Shown here one piece after another: positions 1-8,779 of a stretch of 32,000 nt of DNA. Source of the DNA: Rhodobacter capsulatus SB 1003 (lineage in GTDB: Bacteria > Pseudomonadota > Alphaproteobacteria > Rhodobacterales > Rhodobacteraceae). The stretch is from positions 60,001 to 92,000 of the forward strand of contig NC_014034.1 in assembly GCF_000021865.1 (NCBI RefSeq), in the 5' to 3' direction. A model generated the notes under the pieces. That model searched no databases and was not told the origin of the DNA. It saw only the letters and a list, made by a program, of their open reading frames with translations. How positions within the stretch are numbered: the stretch's first letter is position 1; each line of letters opens with the position of its first letter. The position numbers and the translations under genes are program-made.

Positions 1-154
1 TGCCGCGCAGCACAAGCGCATGCGCCTCGGCCCGACCGGCGGCCTCGGCCGCATCGGCAATGTCGGAGAGCATCCCCCGGGTCAGCGAATTCGCCTTTTC
101 CGGCCGGTTGATCGTCACCGTCCAGATGCCGTCCGCCGATTTCACCTCGATCAT
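1..154 (-). CDS. enoyl-CoA hydratase/isomerase (crotonase) family protein, N-terminal fragment; the gene continues beyond the window start
   Basis: Not in the ORF track because it runs off the window. Reverse-strand translation from the ATG at 154..152 gives MIEVKSADGIWTVTINRPEKANSLTRGMLSDIADAAEAAGRAEAHALVLRG, a typical crotonase-fold N-terminus. A GGAGGG (159..164 on the + strand) lies 4 nt upstream of the ATG. Confidence 0.75.
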   Translation of the reverse strand, partial: MIEVKSADGIWTVTINRPEKANSLTRGMLSDIADAAEAAGRAEAHALVLRG

Positions 155-262
155 CTTGCCCTCCGCCTGCCGCCTTGCCCCCGTGTTAGCAACCCCATTG
201 CCCCTTGACCATTACCGATGTGCAGCGGAAGGTGGAGCCATTCCTTATCCAAGAGGCCCCCG

Positions 263-1771
263 ATGGCACGGCTCACATCCGCTGGCACAACCACTTTCAT
301 CGCCCTTCTCATGAGTTCGACCGCCGTCATGGCCGATGTGACGCCGGAAGAGGTCTGGGACAGCTGGCAAAAGCAGTATTCCGCCTATGGTTTCACCGTC
401 ACCCCCGGCGCGGTCGCGCGCGACGGCGACGTTCTGACGATTTCCGATCTTGTCCTGACGAACGAGAGCACCACCGAAATCGGCACCGACAAGCAGGTGT
501 CGAAAACCGTGCTGACCGTGCCCGCGATCCTGCTCGAGGATCTGGGCGACGGCACCGTCGAGGGCACGATCGAGGGCGAGATCACCGGCAGCAATGACAC
601 CACCGACGCCACCGGCAAGACCGAGACGGCAAAGATCAGGATCGACAAGACCGATGCCAGCGTGGTGATCTCCGGCACGCCCGAGGAAATGTCCTATCTG
701 GTCGATGCGCCCGAGATTTCCGCCAGCATCGAGGCCCAGCCCTCGGCCCCGGGCGCGCAGCCGGCGCTTTTGGGGATGACGCTGACCGGGCTTGCCGGCA
801 CGCAGATGATGACCACGACCGGCGGCCAGGGCACCAAGGCCGATCTGACCGCCGAAACCATGGCGCTGACGATGACCGGCAGCGATCCCGAAGACGCGAC
901 CACGATCGATGCGACGATCGAGATGCAGGATCTGGCGATCAAGGGCGACAGCCTGATGCCCGAAGGCGCGGATGCCGCGGAACTGGGCGATGCGATCGCC
1001 AAGGGGATGCGCACCAACAGCCAGATGAGCTATGGCGCGCTGAGCTACACCATGTCCTCGAAGACGAAGACCGGGCCCGTCAGCATGTCCGGCTCTGCCG
1101 AAAGCGGTCAGGCGATCATCGCTTTCTCGCGCGAGGCGGTGCGGTATTCGGCCACCGGCAGCAAGACCAAGGTCGATATCCAGACCGCCGAATTCCCGAT
1201 GCCGCTTTCGGCCACCATCGATCAGGGCGAAGTCGACTTTGCCATGCCGCTGAGCGCCAAGCCCGAGCCGCAACCCTTCACCAGCAAGGTCTCGCTGGTC
1301 GGGCTGAGCCTTTCCGATCAGATCTGGTCGATGCTCGACCCGACGGCGCAGCTGAGCCATGGTCCGGCGACGCTGATCGTCGATCTGACCGGCACCGGCA
1401 AGCCGCTGGTCGATCTGTTCTCGGCTGCGGCGGCCGCCTCGCCGGTGCCGCCGGTGCAGATCGACAGCCTGAACGTCAACAAGCTGCAGCTGACCGCCGC
1501 GGGCGCCGAGCTGACCGGCAATGGCGCGCTGACCTTCAACAATGCGACGGCCACGCCGATGCCGCTGGGCGCCATCGATCTGAAACTGTCGGGCGCGAAC
1601 AAGCTGATGGACGGGCTGGTGGCCATGGGGCTGATGCCGCAAGATCAGGTGATGTTCGCCAAGATGATGATGGGCATGTATGCCGTGCCCGCGGGCGAGG
1701 ATCTGTTCACCTCGAAGATCGAGTTCAAGGAAGGCGGCCAGATTCTGGCCAATGGCCAGCCGATCAAGTAA
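263..1771 (+). CDS. secreted hypothetical protein, possibly DUF2125 family
   Basis: ORF 218..1771. The preferred start is the ATG at 263 (MARLTSAGTTTFIALLMSSTAVMA/DV, a signal-peptide-like N-terminus) with AAGAGG 6 nt upstream. Third codon positions are G/C-rich throughout. The Thr/Ala/Gly/Asp-rich body and the C-terminus (..KLMDGLVAMGLMPQDQVMFAKMMMGMYA..FKEGGQILANGQPIK) resemble alphaproteobacterial DUF2125 proteins from memory only. Confidence 0.6.
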   Translation: MARLTSAGTTTFIALLMSSTAVMADVTPEEVWDSWQKQYSAYGFTVTPGAVARDGDVLTISDLVLTNESTTEIGTDKQVSKTVLTVPAILLEDLGDGTVEGTIEGEITGSNDTTDATGKTETAKIRIDKTDASVVISGTPEEMSYLVDAPEISASIEAQPSAPGAQPALLGMTLTGLAGTQMMTTTGGQGTKADLTAETMALTMTGSDPEDATTIDATIEMQDLAIKGDSLMPEGADAAELGDAIAKGMRTNSQMSYGALSYTMSSKTKTGPVSMSGSAESGQAIIAFSREAVRYSATGSKTKVDIQTAEFPMPLSATIDQGEVDFAMPLSAKPEPQPFTSKVSLVGLSLSDQIWSMLDPTAQLSHGPATLIVDLTGTGKPLVDLFSAAAAASPVPPVQIDSLNVNKLQLTAAGAELTGNGALTFNNATATPMPLGAIDLKLSGANKLMDGLVAMGLMPQDQVMFAKMMMGMYAVPAGEDLFTSKIEFKEGGQILANGQPIK

Positions 1772-1792
1772 GACAAACCTGCCGAACCAGCG

Positions 1793-1819
1793 AAACCGCC
1801 CGGCTTCCCGGGCGGTTTT
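1793..1819 (+). terminator. rho-independent terminator after the DUF2125-like gene
   Basis: Perfect 11-bp stem AAACCGCCCGG (1793..1803) / CCGGGCGGTTT (1808..1818) with loop CTTC, running into TTTT (1816..1819). It lies 22 nt after the stop codon. Confidence 0.7.
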
Positions 1820-1834
1820 CCACAAGGAGAGCCG

Positions 1835-3181
1835 ATGCCCCCCGTTCTTGCCGATCTGACCGATGCCCTGCTTTCCGCCGCCCGCAAGGCCGGAGCCGAG
1901 GCGGCCGATGCCCTGGCCGTCGATGGCCGCGCCGTGTCGATCGATGTCCGCGGCGGGGCGCTGGAACAGGCGGAACGTTCCGAAGGGCTGGAAATCGGCC
2001 TGCGCGTGCTGATCGGCGGGCGTCAGGCCTGTGTTTCCGCCTCGGACATTTCCGCCCGCACCATTGCCGACATGGCCGAACGCGCCGTGGCGATGGCCCG
2101 CGAGGCGCCCGCAGACCCGCATGCCGGTCTGGCCGATCCGGCGCAGCTGGCGCGGGACTGGGACGTTGCGGCGCTTGAACTGGCCGATCCGGGGGCGGAA
2201 CCCTTGGCCGCGGCACTGGAAACCGACGCGCGCGAGGCGGAAGCGGCGGCGATGGCGGTGCAAGGGGTCTCGCAGGTGCAATCGGCCTCGGCCTCGTGGT
2301 CGAAGCGGCTCTTGCACATGGCGGGAACGAACGGCTTTTCCGGCGGTTACGCCCGGACCTCGCGCTCGATCTCGGCGGTGGCGATTGCGGGCGAAGGCGC
2401 GGCGATGGAACGCGACTGGGCCTCGGAGGCGCGGATCTTCGGCGCCGATCTGCCCTCGGCCGCGTCGATCGGGCTGCAGGCGGGCGAACGTGCCGTGGCC
2501 CGTCTTGGCGCGGTGCAGCCGAAAACCGGGGCCTTTCCGGTGCTGCTCGATGAACGCGTCGCCGCCAGCCTGATCGGCCATCTGCTCTCGGCGATCAACG
2601 GCACCGCCATTGCCCGCGGCGCCTCCTGGCTGCGCGACGGTCTGAACACGGACGTGCTGCCCAAGGGCCTGAGCCTGATCGAGGATCCGTTCCGCCGGCG
2701 CATCTCCGGCTCGCGTCCCTTCGATGCCGAGGGCCTGCCCCCCGCCCGCCGCGCCATCGTCGAGGATGGCGTGCTGACCGGCTGGGTGCTGGATCTGGCG
2801 ACGGCGCGCAAGCTGGGGCTGCAAAGCACCGGCAATGCGTCACGTGGAACATCGACGCCGCCCAGCCCCGCCGCAGGGAATGTGGCGCTGACGCAGGGGA
2901 CGAAATCGCGCGAGGAGCTGATCCGCGACATGGGCACCGGGCTTCTGGTGACCTCGTTCATCGGCGCGACGATCAACCCGACGACGGGCGATTATTCGCG
3001 CGGGGCTGCGGGCTATTGGGTTGAAAACGGCCAGATTTCGCATGTGGTGAACGAATGCACCGTGGCCGGAAACCTGCGCGAGATGCTGCGCCGGATCCTC
3101 CCCGCCAATGATGCGCGCGGCCATCTGAGCCATGTCGTGCCGTCGCTTTTGATCGAGGGGCTGACGATTGCCGGGTCCTGA
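1835..3181 (+). CDS. pmbA: TldD/PmbA-family metalloprotease (PmbA/TldE)
   Basis: 448-aa ORF. AAGGAGAG sits 3-4 nt upstream of the ATG at 1835. The sequence has full-length PmbA character (N-terminus ..LLSAARKAGAEAADALAVDGRAVSIDVRGGALEQAERSEG.., C-terminus ..GDYSRGAAGYWVENGQI..). Confidence 0.9.
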   Translation: MPPVLADLTDALLSAARKAGAEAADALAVDGRAVSIDVRGGALEQAERSEGLEIGLRVLIGGRQACVSASDISARTIADMAERAVAMAREAPADPHAGLADPAQLARDWDVAALELADPGAEPLAAALETDAREAEAAAMAVQGVSQVQSASASWSKRLLHMAGTNGFSGGYARTSRSISAVAIAGEGAAMERDWASEARIFGADLPSAASIGLQAGERAVARLGAVQPKTGAFPVLLDERVAASLIGHLLSAINGTAIARGASWLRDGLNTDVLPKGLSLIEDPFRRRISGSRPFDAEGLPPARRAIVEDGVLTGWVLDLATARKLGLQSTGNASRGTSTPPSPAAGNVALTQGTKSREELIRDMGTGLLVTSFIGATINPTTGDYSRGAAGYWVENGQISHVVNECTVAGNLREMLRRILPANDARGHLSHVVPSLLIEGLTIAGS

Positions 3182-3977
3182 TGCCGCCACCGATCTTGAC
3201 CTGCTGATCCGCGCCGCCGAGGCCGCGGGCGAATTGGCGCTGCAATATTGGAAACATGCGCCGAAGCAATGGGACAAGGCGGGCGATGCCGGTCCGGTCT
3301 CCGAGGCCGATCTGGCGGTGAACGACCTGCTGGCGCATCTTTTGCGCAAGGCACGGCCCGAATATGGCTGGCTCTCCGAGGAAAGCCAGGACGATGCGGC
3401 CCGTCTGTCCTGTCGGCGCCTGTTCGTCGTCGATCCGATCGACGGCACCCGGGCCTTCCTGTCGAACGAACCGGGCTTCGCCCATGCGATCGCGGTCGTC
3501 GAAGATGGCGAGGTTCTGGCGGGCGTCGTGCATCTGCCGGTGTTCGAGGAAACCTATGCCGCCGTGCGCGGTGGCCCCGCGCTGCTGAACGGGCAACCGA
3601 TCCGCAACACCGACCCGGGGGCGATCGAGGGCTCCAGCCTGCTGGCCTCGAAAGTTTGCGACATCGCCACGCATTGGCGCCACGAAAGGCCCGGTTACCG
3701 GCGGTTTTTCCGCCCCTCGCTGGCCTGGCGGCTGTGTCTGGTCGCTGAAAGCCGCTTTGACGCCAGCCTGACGGTGCGGCCGACCTGGGAATGGGATGTG
3801 GCGGCCGCCAGCCTGATCGCCACCTGTGCGGGGGCGCTGGTGACCGACCGTTCCGGGGCGCCGCTGCGCTTCAACACGCCCTCGGCACAGATCGAGGGGC
3901 TGCTGGTCGGTGCCCCCGGATTGCACGCGCAATACCTTGCGCAGTTGCGGCCGCAATCCGAAGAATCCGGGCTCTGA
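3168..3977 (+). CDS. inositol monophosphatase / 3'(2'),5'-bisphosphate nucleotidase (CysQ) family protein
   Basis: 269-aa ORF with the family motifs WLSEES and VVDPIDGTRAF. The only in-frame start near the 5' end is the TTG at 3168, which overlaps the pmbA end by 14 nt, so the start is uncertain. Confidence 0.8.
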   Translation: MPGPDAATDLDLLIRAAEAAGELALQYWKHAPKQWDKAGDAGPVSEADLAVNDLLAHLLRKARPEYGWLSEESQDDAARLSCRRLFVVDPIDGTRAFLSNEPGFAHAIAVVEDGEVLAGVVHLPVFEETYAAVRGGPALLNGQPIRNTDPGAIEGSSLLASKVCDIATHWRHERPGYRRFFRPSLAWRLCLVAESRFDASLTVRPTWEWDVAAASLIATCAGALVTDRSGAPLRFNTPSAQIEGLLVGAPGLHAQYLAQLRPQSEESGL

Positions 3978-4005
3978 TTACCGGATATAAACCTTCTCTC
4001 CCTAG

Positions 4006-4032
4006 GTTCAGCCTTGGCAAGAACTGCTGAAC
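4006..4032. promoter_or_regulatory. inverted repeat GTTCAGC-N13-GCTGAAC directly upstream of the flagellar operon RBS
   Basis: Perfect 7-bp arms at 4006..4012 and 4026..4032. The element ends 13 nt before the ATG at 4046. Its function is unknown (operator or RNA hairpin). Confidence 0.25.
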
Positions 4033-4045
4033 AAGGGGGAACCCC

Positions 4046-4834
4046 ATGCCAAGGCTTTGGCGAATCGTCTTTTTTCTCATGCTTGGCATGTCTTTTCCGC
4101 TGCGCCCCGCGCAGGCTTCGGAAACCGCGCAGGGCATCTCGGCCACCTGTGAACGGGTGGCGGAATATGCGGCGCAGCAAAGCGGCGTTCCCGTTTCCGT
4201 CCTGAAGGCGATTTCGCTGACCGAAACCGGCAAGAAGATCGACGGCAAGCTGCGTCCCTGGCCCTGGACCGTGAACATGGAAGGCGCGGGGCATTGGTTC
4301 GACACGCTCGACGAAGCCCGCGCCTATGTGTTCCAGGAATTCAAGCGCGGCGCCCGCAGCTTTGACATCGGCTGCTTCCAGATCAATTACAAATGGCACA
4401 ACGAACATTTCTCCTCGATCGACGAGATGTTCGATCCGAAGGCGAATGCGCTTTACGCCGCCCGCTTCCTTTCGGATCTTTATGCCGAAACCGGCTCGTG
4501 GAACGCGGCGGCGGGGGCCTATCATTCCCGCACCAAGGAACATGCCGACCGCTATTCCGCCCGCTTTGCCGAGCTGCGCGAGCGTTTCATGGGAGCGGAT
4601 GGCGAAGCTGACGTGCTGGCGATGAATGCCGCGCCCGACCAGATGCCCTATGGCGACATCCCCGAGATCCCCGATATCGTCGCCGCGATGAACGCGCCGA
4701 TGACGCCGCCGAAACCGCCGCGGGTCAATTCCTATCCGCTGTTGCGGCGCACCGGAACCGTCTCGCCGCCGCTGGGGGGCGCCCCCGGCGCCAGCCTCTT
4801 CGCCATCTCTCTCGACAAGTCCCAGGTGAACTGA
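4046..4834 (+). CDS. lytic transglycosylase (SLT domain), probably flagellum-associated
   Basis: 262-aa ORF with a signal peptide (MPRLWRIVFFLMLGMSFPLRPAQA/SE) and an SLT catalytic-Glu context (AISLTETG). Its stop overlaps the flhA start (TGATG at 4832..4836). Confidence 0.8.
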   Translation: MPRLWRIVFFLMLGMSFPLRPAQASETAQGISATCERVAEYAAQQSGVPVSVLKAISLTETGKKIDGKLRPWPWTVNMEGAGHWFDTLDEARAYVFQEFKRGARSFDIGCFQINYKWHNEHFSSIDEMFDPKANALYAARFLSDLYAETGSWNAAAGAYHSRTKEHADRYSARFAELRERFMGADGEADVLAMNAAPDQMPYGDIPEIPDIVAAMNAPMTPPKPPRVNSYPLLRRTGTVSPPLGGAPGASLFAISLDKSQVN

Positions 4835-6921
4835 TGCCGAAGCTGACCCTTGCGGCGATCTTCCAGCCGACCATCCTGCTGGCCATCGCCCTGATGACCG
4901 TGATCGTGATGATGATCCTGCCGGTTCCGGCCTGGGTTCTTGACACCGGCCTCGCGGTGTCCTTCGCGCTGGCCATCCTGATCTTCACCGTCACCCTGTT
5001 CATCGAGCGGCCGCTGGATTTCTCGGCCTTTCCGACGATCCTGCTCGCCTCGCTGATGCTGCGACTGTCGCTGAACGTCTCCTCGACCAAGCTGATCATC
5101 GGCAACGGCCATACCGGCACCGCCGCCGCCGGTCACGTGATTGAGGGATTCGCCAATTTCATCATGGGCGGCTCGGTGATGATCGGGCTGGTCGTCTTCG
5201 GCGTGATCATGATCGTGAACTTCATCGTGATCACCAAGGGCGCGGGCCGGATGGCCGAAGTCGGCGCCCGTTTCGCCCTTGATGCGATGCCCGGCAAGCA
5301 GTTGGCCATCGACAGCGACATGAACGCCGGCGCCATCGACCATGCCGAGGCCCGGGCACGGCGCGAAAAGGAACAGGCGGAAACGACCTTCTTCGGCTCG
5401 CTTGACGGTGCGTCGAAATTCGTCAAGGGCGATGCCATCGCCGGTCTCCTGATCACGCTTCTGAACCTTGTCGTCGGCCTTGCCATCGGCACGATCGTGC
5501 ATGACATGCCGCTGGGTCGCGCGCTGGAAACCTATGCGATCCTTACCGTCGGCGACGGTCTGACCAGCCAGATCCCGGCCGTGATCATCTCGATCGGCTC
5601 GGCCATCCTGCTGTCGCGCGGCGGCACCAAGGGCTCCGCCGATTCCGCCGTGTTCGAGCAGCTGGCGCGCTACCCTTCGGCGCTGGCCACGGTGGCGGCG
5701 CTGATGGCGGGCTTCGCCATTTTCCCCGGCCTGCCCTTTGTCCCCTTCATGACGGGCGCGCTCATTCTGGGCGGAACCGCCTTCTTCGTGAGCCGGAAAG
5801 CGCAGAAAAAAGCCGAGCTGGAGGCGATGAAGATCCCCGAAAGCGCCGAGCCGAAGAAACGCAAATCGATCGGCGACGTGTTGGATGTCGATGATATCCA
5901 CGTCGAATTCGCCCCGGATCTGGTGGCGATGGCGCTTGATCCGGCGACCGGCCTTGATGCGCGGATCACCAACATGCGCAACCATGTGGCGGCAAGCTAT
6001 GGTCTGATCCTGCCGGAAATCCGCCTGACCGACGATGCGACGCTGGAGTCCGGTTGCTATCGCATCCGCATTCAGGGGGTCGAGCAAGCCAAGGACCGGC
6101 TTTTCCCCGACCGGGTTCTGGCGCTGATCACCGACAACCGCGATTTCCTGCCCGATGGCGAAGACGTGCGCGAGCCGGTCTATGGCGCCCCCGCGCGCTG
6201 GCTTCCGCCCGGAAAACAGGAAGATGCCGCGCTGGCCGGGTCCACGGTGGTCGGCCCGACCGAAGTTCTGGCGACGCATCTTCTGGAGGTGATCCGGCGC
6301 AACTTCGGCCGTCTGATGACGCTGCGGGCGCTGCGCCGCCTGCTCGAGGACGTGTGCAACCTTTCCGATCCCGCCCGCGCCGAGTCTAACCGCCGCCTGC
6401 TTGACGAGCTGATCCCCGACAAGGTTCCGGTCGATCTGCTGCTGGCGGTGCTGCGTCTGCTGCTGGAAGAACGGGTGTCGATCCGCAACCTGCTGGTGAT
6501 CGTCGAATCGATTGCGGAAGTGCGCGGCATGCAGTCGCCCGAGGCGATCTGCGAACATGTCCGCCAGCGGCTCGGGTTCCAGCTGGTCGCGGAATATCGT
6601 CGCGAGGATGGGACTTTGCCGCTGCTGCAACTGGCGCCCGAATGGGAAGACACGTTCTCGACCTTCCAGGTGGCGGGCGATCGCGGTCAGACCGATGTCG
6701 CGCTGCCGCCCGACAAGTTCAACCGGCTGGCAAACAATGTCGCCGAACGGATCGCGAAAGCGGGCGAAGCGGGGATCTTCCCGGCCATCGTCACCTCGAC
6801 CCGGCGGCGGCGGTTCCTCAAGACGGTGCTGGGCGCCAAGGGCATCCTGGCCCCCGTGCTCAGCTTCGAGGAAATTGGCCTCGATGCGCGGCCCTCGATG
6901 GTCGGTGTGGTGCAGGCATGA
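4834..6921 (+). CDS. flhA: flagellar type III export gate protein FlhA
   Basis: 695-aa ORF with an unmistakable FlhA/FHIPEP sequence (..FPTILLASLMLRLSLNVSSTKLII.., ..DGASKFVKGDAIAG..). It has a multi-TM N-terminal half and a cytoplasmic C-terminal half. Confidence 0.97.
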   Translation: MPKLTLAAIFQPTILLAIALMTVIVMMILPVPAWVLDTGLAVSFALAILIFTVTLFIERPLDFSAFPTILLASLMLRLSLNVSSTKLIIGNGHTGTAAAGHVIEGFANFIMGGSVMIGLVVFGVIMIVNFIVITKGAGRMAEVGARFALDAMPGKQLAIDSDMNAGAIDHAEARARREKEQAETTFFGSLDGASKFVKGDAIAGLLITLLNLVVGLAIGTIVHDMPLGRALETYAILTVGDGLTSQIPAVIISIGSAILLSRGGTKGSADSAVFEQLARYPSALATVAALMAGFAIFPGLPFVPFMTGALILGGTAFFVSRKAQKKAELEAMKIPESAEPKKRKSIGDVLDVDDIHVEFAPDLVAMALDPATGLDARITNMRNHVAASYGLILPEIRLTDDATLESGCYRIRIQGVEQAKDRLFPDRVLALITDNRDFLPDGEDVREPVYGAPARWLPPGKQEDAALAGSTVVGPTEVLATHLLEVIRRNFGRLMTLRALRRLLEDVCNLSDPARAESNRRLLDELIPDKVPVDLLLAVLRLLLEERVSIRNLLVIVESIAEVRGMQSPEAICEHVRQRLGFQLVAEYRREDGTLPLLQLAPEWEDTFSTFQVAGDRGQTDVALPPDKFNRLANNVAERIAKAGEAGIFPAIVTSTRRRRFLKTVLGAKGILAPVLSFEEIGLDARPSMVGVVQA

Positions 6922-7694
6922 TCGAGGATCTTGCAACCCTGATGCAATCGACCCGGGATCTGCTCTGGGTCGGTTTCATCGTCTTCCTCCGCGTCGGCGG
7001 CACGATGGCGGTGATGCCTGCCTTTGGCGAAATGATGGTGCCGACCCGGGTCAAGCTGGGGCTGACCTTCGCCTTTACCCTGATCGTGATGCCGGGGGCC
7101 CTCCCCTTCGTCAACGCGCCCGACACCAGCCTGCCGGTGGCGGTCTGGATGTTCGCGGAAATCGTGATCGGGCTGTTCATCGGCCTGATGCTGCGGCTTT
7201 TCGTTCTGTGCCTGCAGATCGCGGGCACGATCGCGGCACAATCGACCTCGCTCTCGCAGCTCTTTGGCGGCACGACGGGGGAACCTCAGCCCGCGGTCGG
7301 CGAATTGCTGGTTCTGGCCGGTCTGGCGATTGCGGTGCATCTGGGTCTGCATGTGAAAGTGACCGAGATCTTCCTCGGCTCTTATCAGGCGCTGCCGCCC
7401 GGGGCCTTTCCCGATGCCGATCTGTTCCGGCAATGGGGGCTTGGCGGCATTTCCCGCGCCTTCGCGCTTGGCTTTTCGATTGCCGCGCCTTTCGTGATCG
7501 CCGGTCTGATCTACAACGTCGCGCTTGGCGCGATCAACCGGGCGATGCCGCAACTGATGGTGTCGATGATCGGCGCCCCGGCGCAGACGCTTGGCGGTCT
7601 GGCGCTGCTGATGATCGCGCTGCCGACCGGTCTCCTGGTCTGGAATGATGCTTTCGACGCCTTTCTGGCCAACCCGTTCGAGGTGCTGCGATGA
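6918..7694 (+). CDS. fliR: flagellar export gate protein FliR
   Basis: ORF 6642..7694 trimmed to the ATG at 6918 (MIEDLATLMQSTRDLLWVGFIVFLRVGGTMAVMPAFGE..), which forms an ATGA overlap with the flhA stop. The product is 258 aa, polytopic and FliR-like. Confidence 0.92.
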   Translation: MIEDLATLMQSTRDLLWVGFIVFLRVGGTMAVMPAFGEMMVPTRVKLGLTFAFTLIVMPGALPFVNAPDTSLPVAVWMFAEIVIGLFIGLMLRLFVLCLQIAGTIAAQSTSLSQLFGGTTGEPQPAVGELLVLAGLAIAVHLGLHVKVTEIFLGSYQALPPGAFPDADLFRQWGLGGISRAFALGFSIAAPFVIAGLIYNVALGAINRAMPQLMVSMIGAPAQTLGGLALLMIALPTGLLVWNDAFDAFLANPFEVLR

Positions 7695-8779
7695 GCGAGG
7701 AAGACGACAGCTCCAAGGAATTCGACCCTACTCCGCAGAAAATCGAGCAGGCGCGCAAACAGGGCGATCTGGTCAAATCCACGGAAGTGACCGGCGCCGC
7801 GGTCTATGCCGCCATCGTGATCACCGCCCTCGCCTTCGGCAAAAGCTCGCTTGAAAGCTTCGGAACCTGGGCCAGCGTGCTGATCGATCAGGCCGATTCG
7901 ATTTCGGTGCAACTTCTGGGCGGTGGCACGGTGGTCGCGGGCAACATTCTGGGGCGCATGGCCTTGACGGTTGCGCCCTGGTTGCTGTTGCCCGGCGTTC
8001 TGGTTCTGGCGGCCCTTGCGGCGCAACGCGCCATCGTCTTTGCGCCGGAAAAGCTGATGCCGAAGGTCAACCGCATCGATCCGATCGCCAATTTCAAACA
8101 GAAATTCGGCAGCACCGGCCTTTTTGAATTCGCGAAAAGCTTCGTGAAGCTGGTGGTGATCTCGATCATCCTTGGAAATTTCATGCTGCGGGAACTGCCG
8201 GCAATTCTGCTCAGCCAGAAATTCGAAGCGACGGTGGTTGCGGTCAGCTTTCCGCAGATGATCGTCGAATTTCTGCTGCTGATGCTGCTTTTGGCCGGGG
8301 TGATCGCGGCGATCGACTATCTGTGGCAAAGGTTCGACTTCCTGCGGCGCAACAAGATGACGCGCAAGGAACTCACCGACGAGATGAAACAGTCGGAAGG
8401 AGACCCCCATATCAAGGCGCAGCGGCGCCAGAAAGCAATCGAGATCGCGACCAAGCAGATGATCGCCGATGTCGCCAAGGCCGATGTGGTGATCGTGAAC
8501 CCGACCCACTATGCGGTTGCGCTGAAATGGGAACGCGGGGCGAAACGCGCCCCCCTCTGTGTGGCCAAGGGTGTGGATGAAGTCGCGGCGCGGATTCGGG
8601 AAGTCGCGGCCGAGGCCGGGGTGCCGATCCATTCCGATCCGCCGACGGCCCGGGCGCTTTATGCGGCGGTCGACATCGGTCAGGAAATTCATCCGGACCA
8701 TTATCGCCCCGTCGCCGCGGCGATCCGCTTCGCCGAGAAGATGCGCCGTCGGTCGCGCGAACGCGGGGCCCGGAAATGA
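7691..8779 (+). CDS. flhB: flagellar export switch protein FlhB
   Basis: 362-aa ORF with an ATGA overlap with fliR. The N-terminus is ..KEFDPTPQKIEQARKQGDLVKS.. and the NPTH autocleavage motif is present (VIVNPTHYAVAL). Confidence 0.95.
   Translation: MSEEDDSSKEFDPTPQKIEQARKQGDLVKSTEVTGAAVYAAIVITALAFGKSSLESFGTWASVLIDQADSISVQLLGGGTVVAGNILGRMALTVAPWLLLPGVLVLAALAAQRAIVFAPEKLMPKVNRIDPIANFKQKFGSTGLFEFAKSFVKLVVISIILGNFMLRELPAILLSQKFEATVVAVSFPQMIVEFLLLMLLLAGVIAAIDYLWQRFDFLRRNKMTRKELTDEMKQSEGDPHIKAQRRQKAIEIATKQMIADVAKADVVIVNPTHYAVALKWERGAKRAPLCVAKGVDEVAARIREVAAEAGVPIHSDPPTARALYAAVDIGQEIHPDHYRPVAAAIRFAEKMRRRSRERGARK

Noticed and set aside
245-253. Isolated DnaA-box-like TTATCCAAG upstream of the DUF2125-like gene.
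   Set aside because: It is a single 7/9 match that overlaps the RBS region, with no neighbouring boxes or AT-rich tract. It is not evidence for an origin or for DnaA regulation.
245-2824. 859-aa minus-strand ORF. Similar very long ORFs occur at 2973..3956 (-), 3695..4543 (-), 4732..6936 (-), 6512..7648 (+), 6687..7553 (-) and 7511..9217 (-).
   Set aside because: Each lies entirely antisense to, or out of frame with, a well-recognised conserved gene (the DUF2125-like gene, pmbA, cysQ-like, flhA, fliR, flhB). Their translations are Arg/Gly/Pro/His/Gln/Asp-rich with no motifs. Stop codons are simply rare in non-coding frames of very GC-rich DNA.
4015-4028. Sigma-54-like TGGCAA..TGCT element upstream of the flagellar operon.
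   Set aside because: The GG and GC dinucleotides are 10 nt apart rather than the 12 nt of the TGGCACG-N4-TTGC consensus, so the spacing is wrong for RpoN.
5129-5144. parS-like core TCACGTGA inside flhA (CCGGTCACGTGATTGA). Other CACGTG hexamers occur, for example at 15247..15252.
   Set aside because: Only the central 8 bp match; both flanks differ from TGTT/AACA. This is an expected chance occurrence of a GC-rich palindrome.
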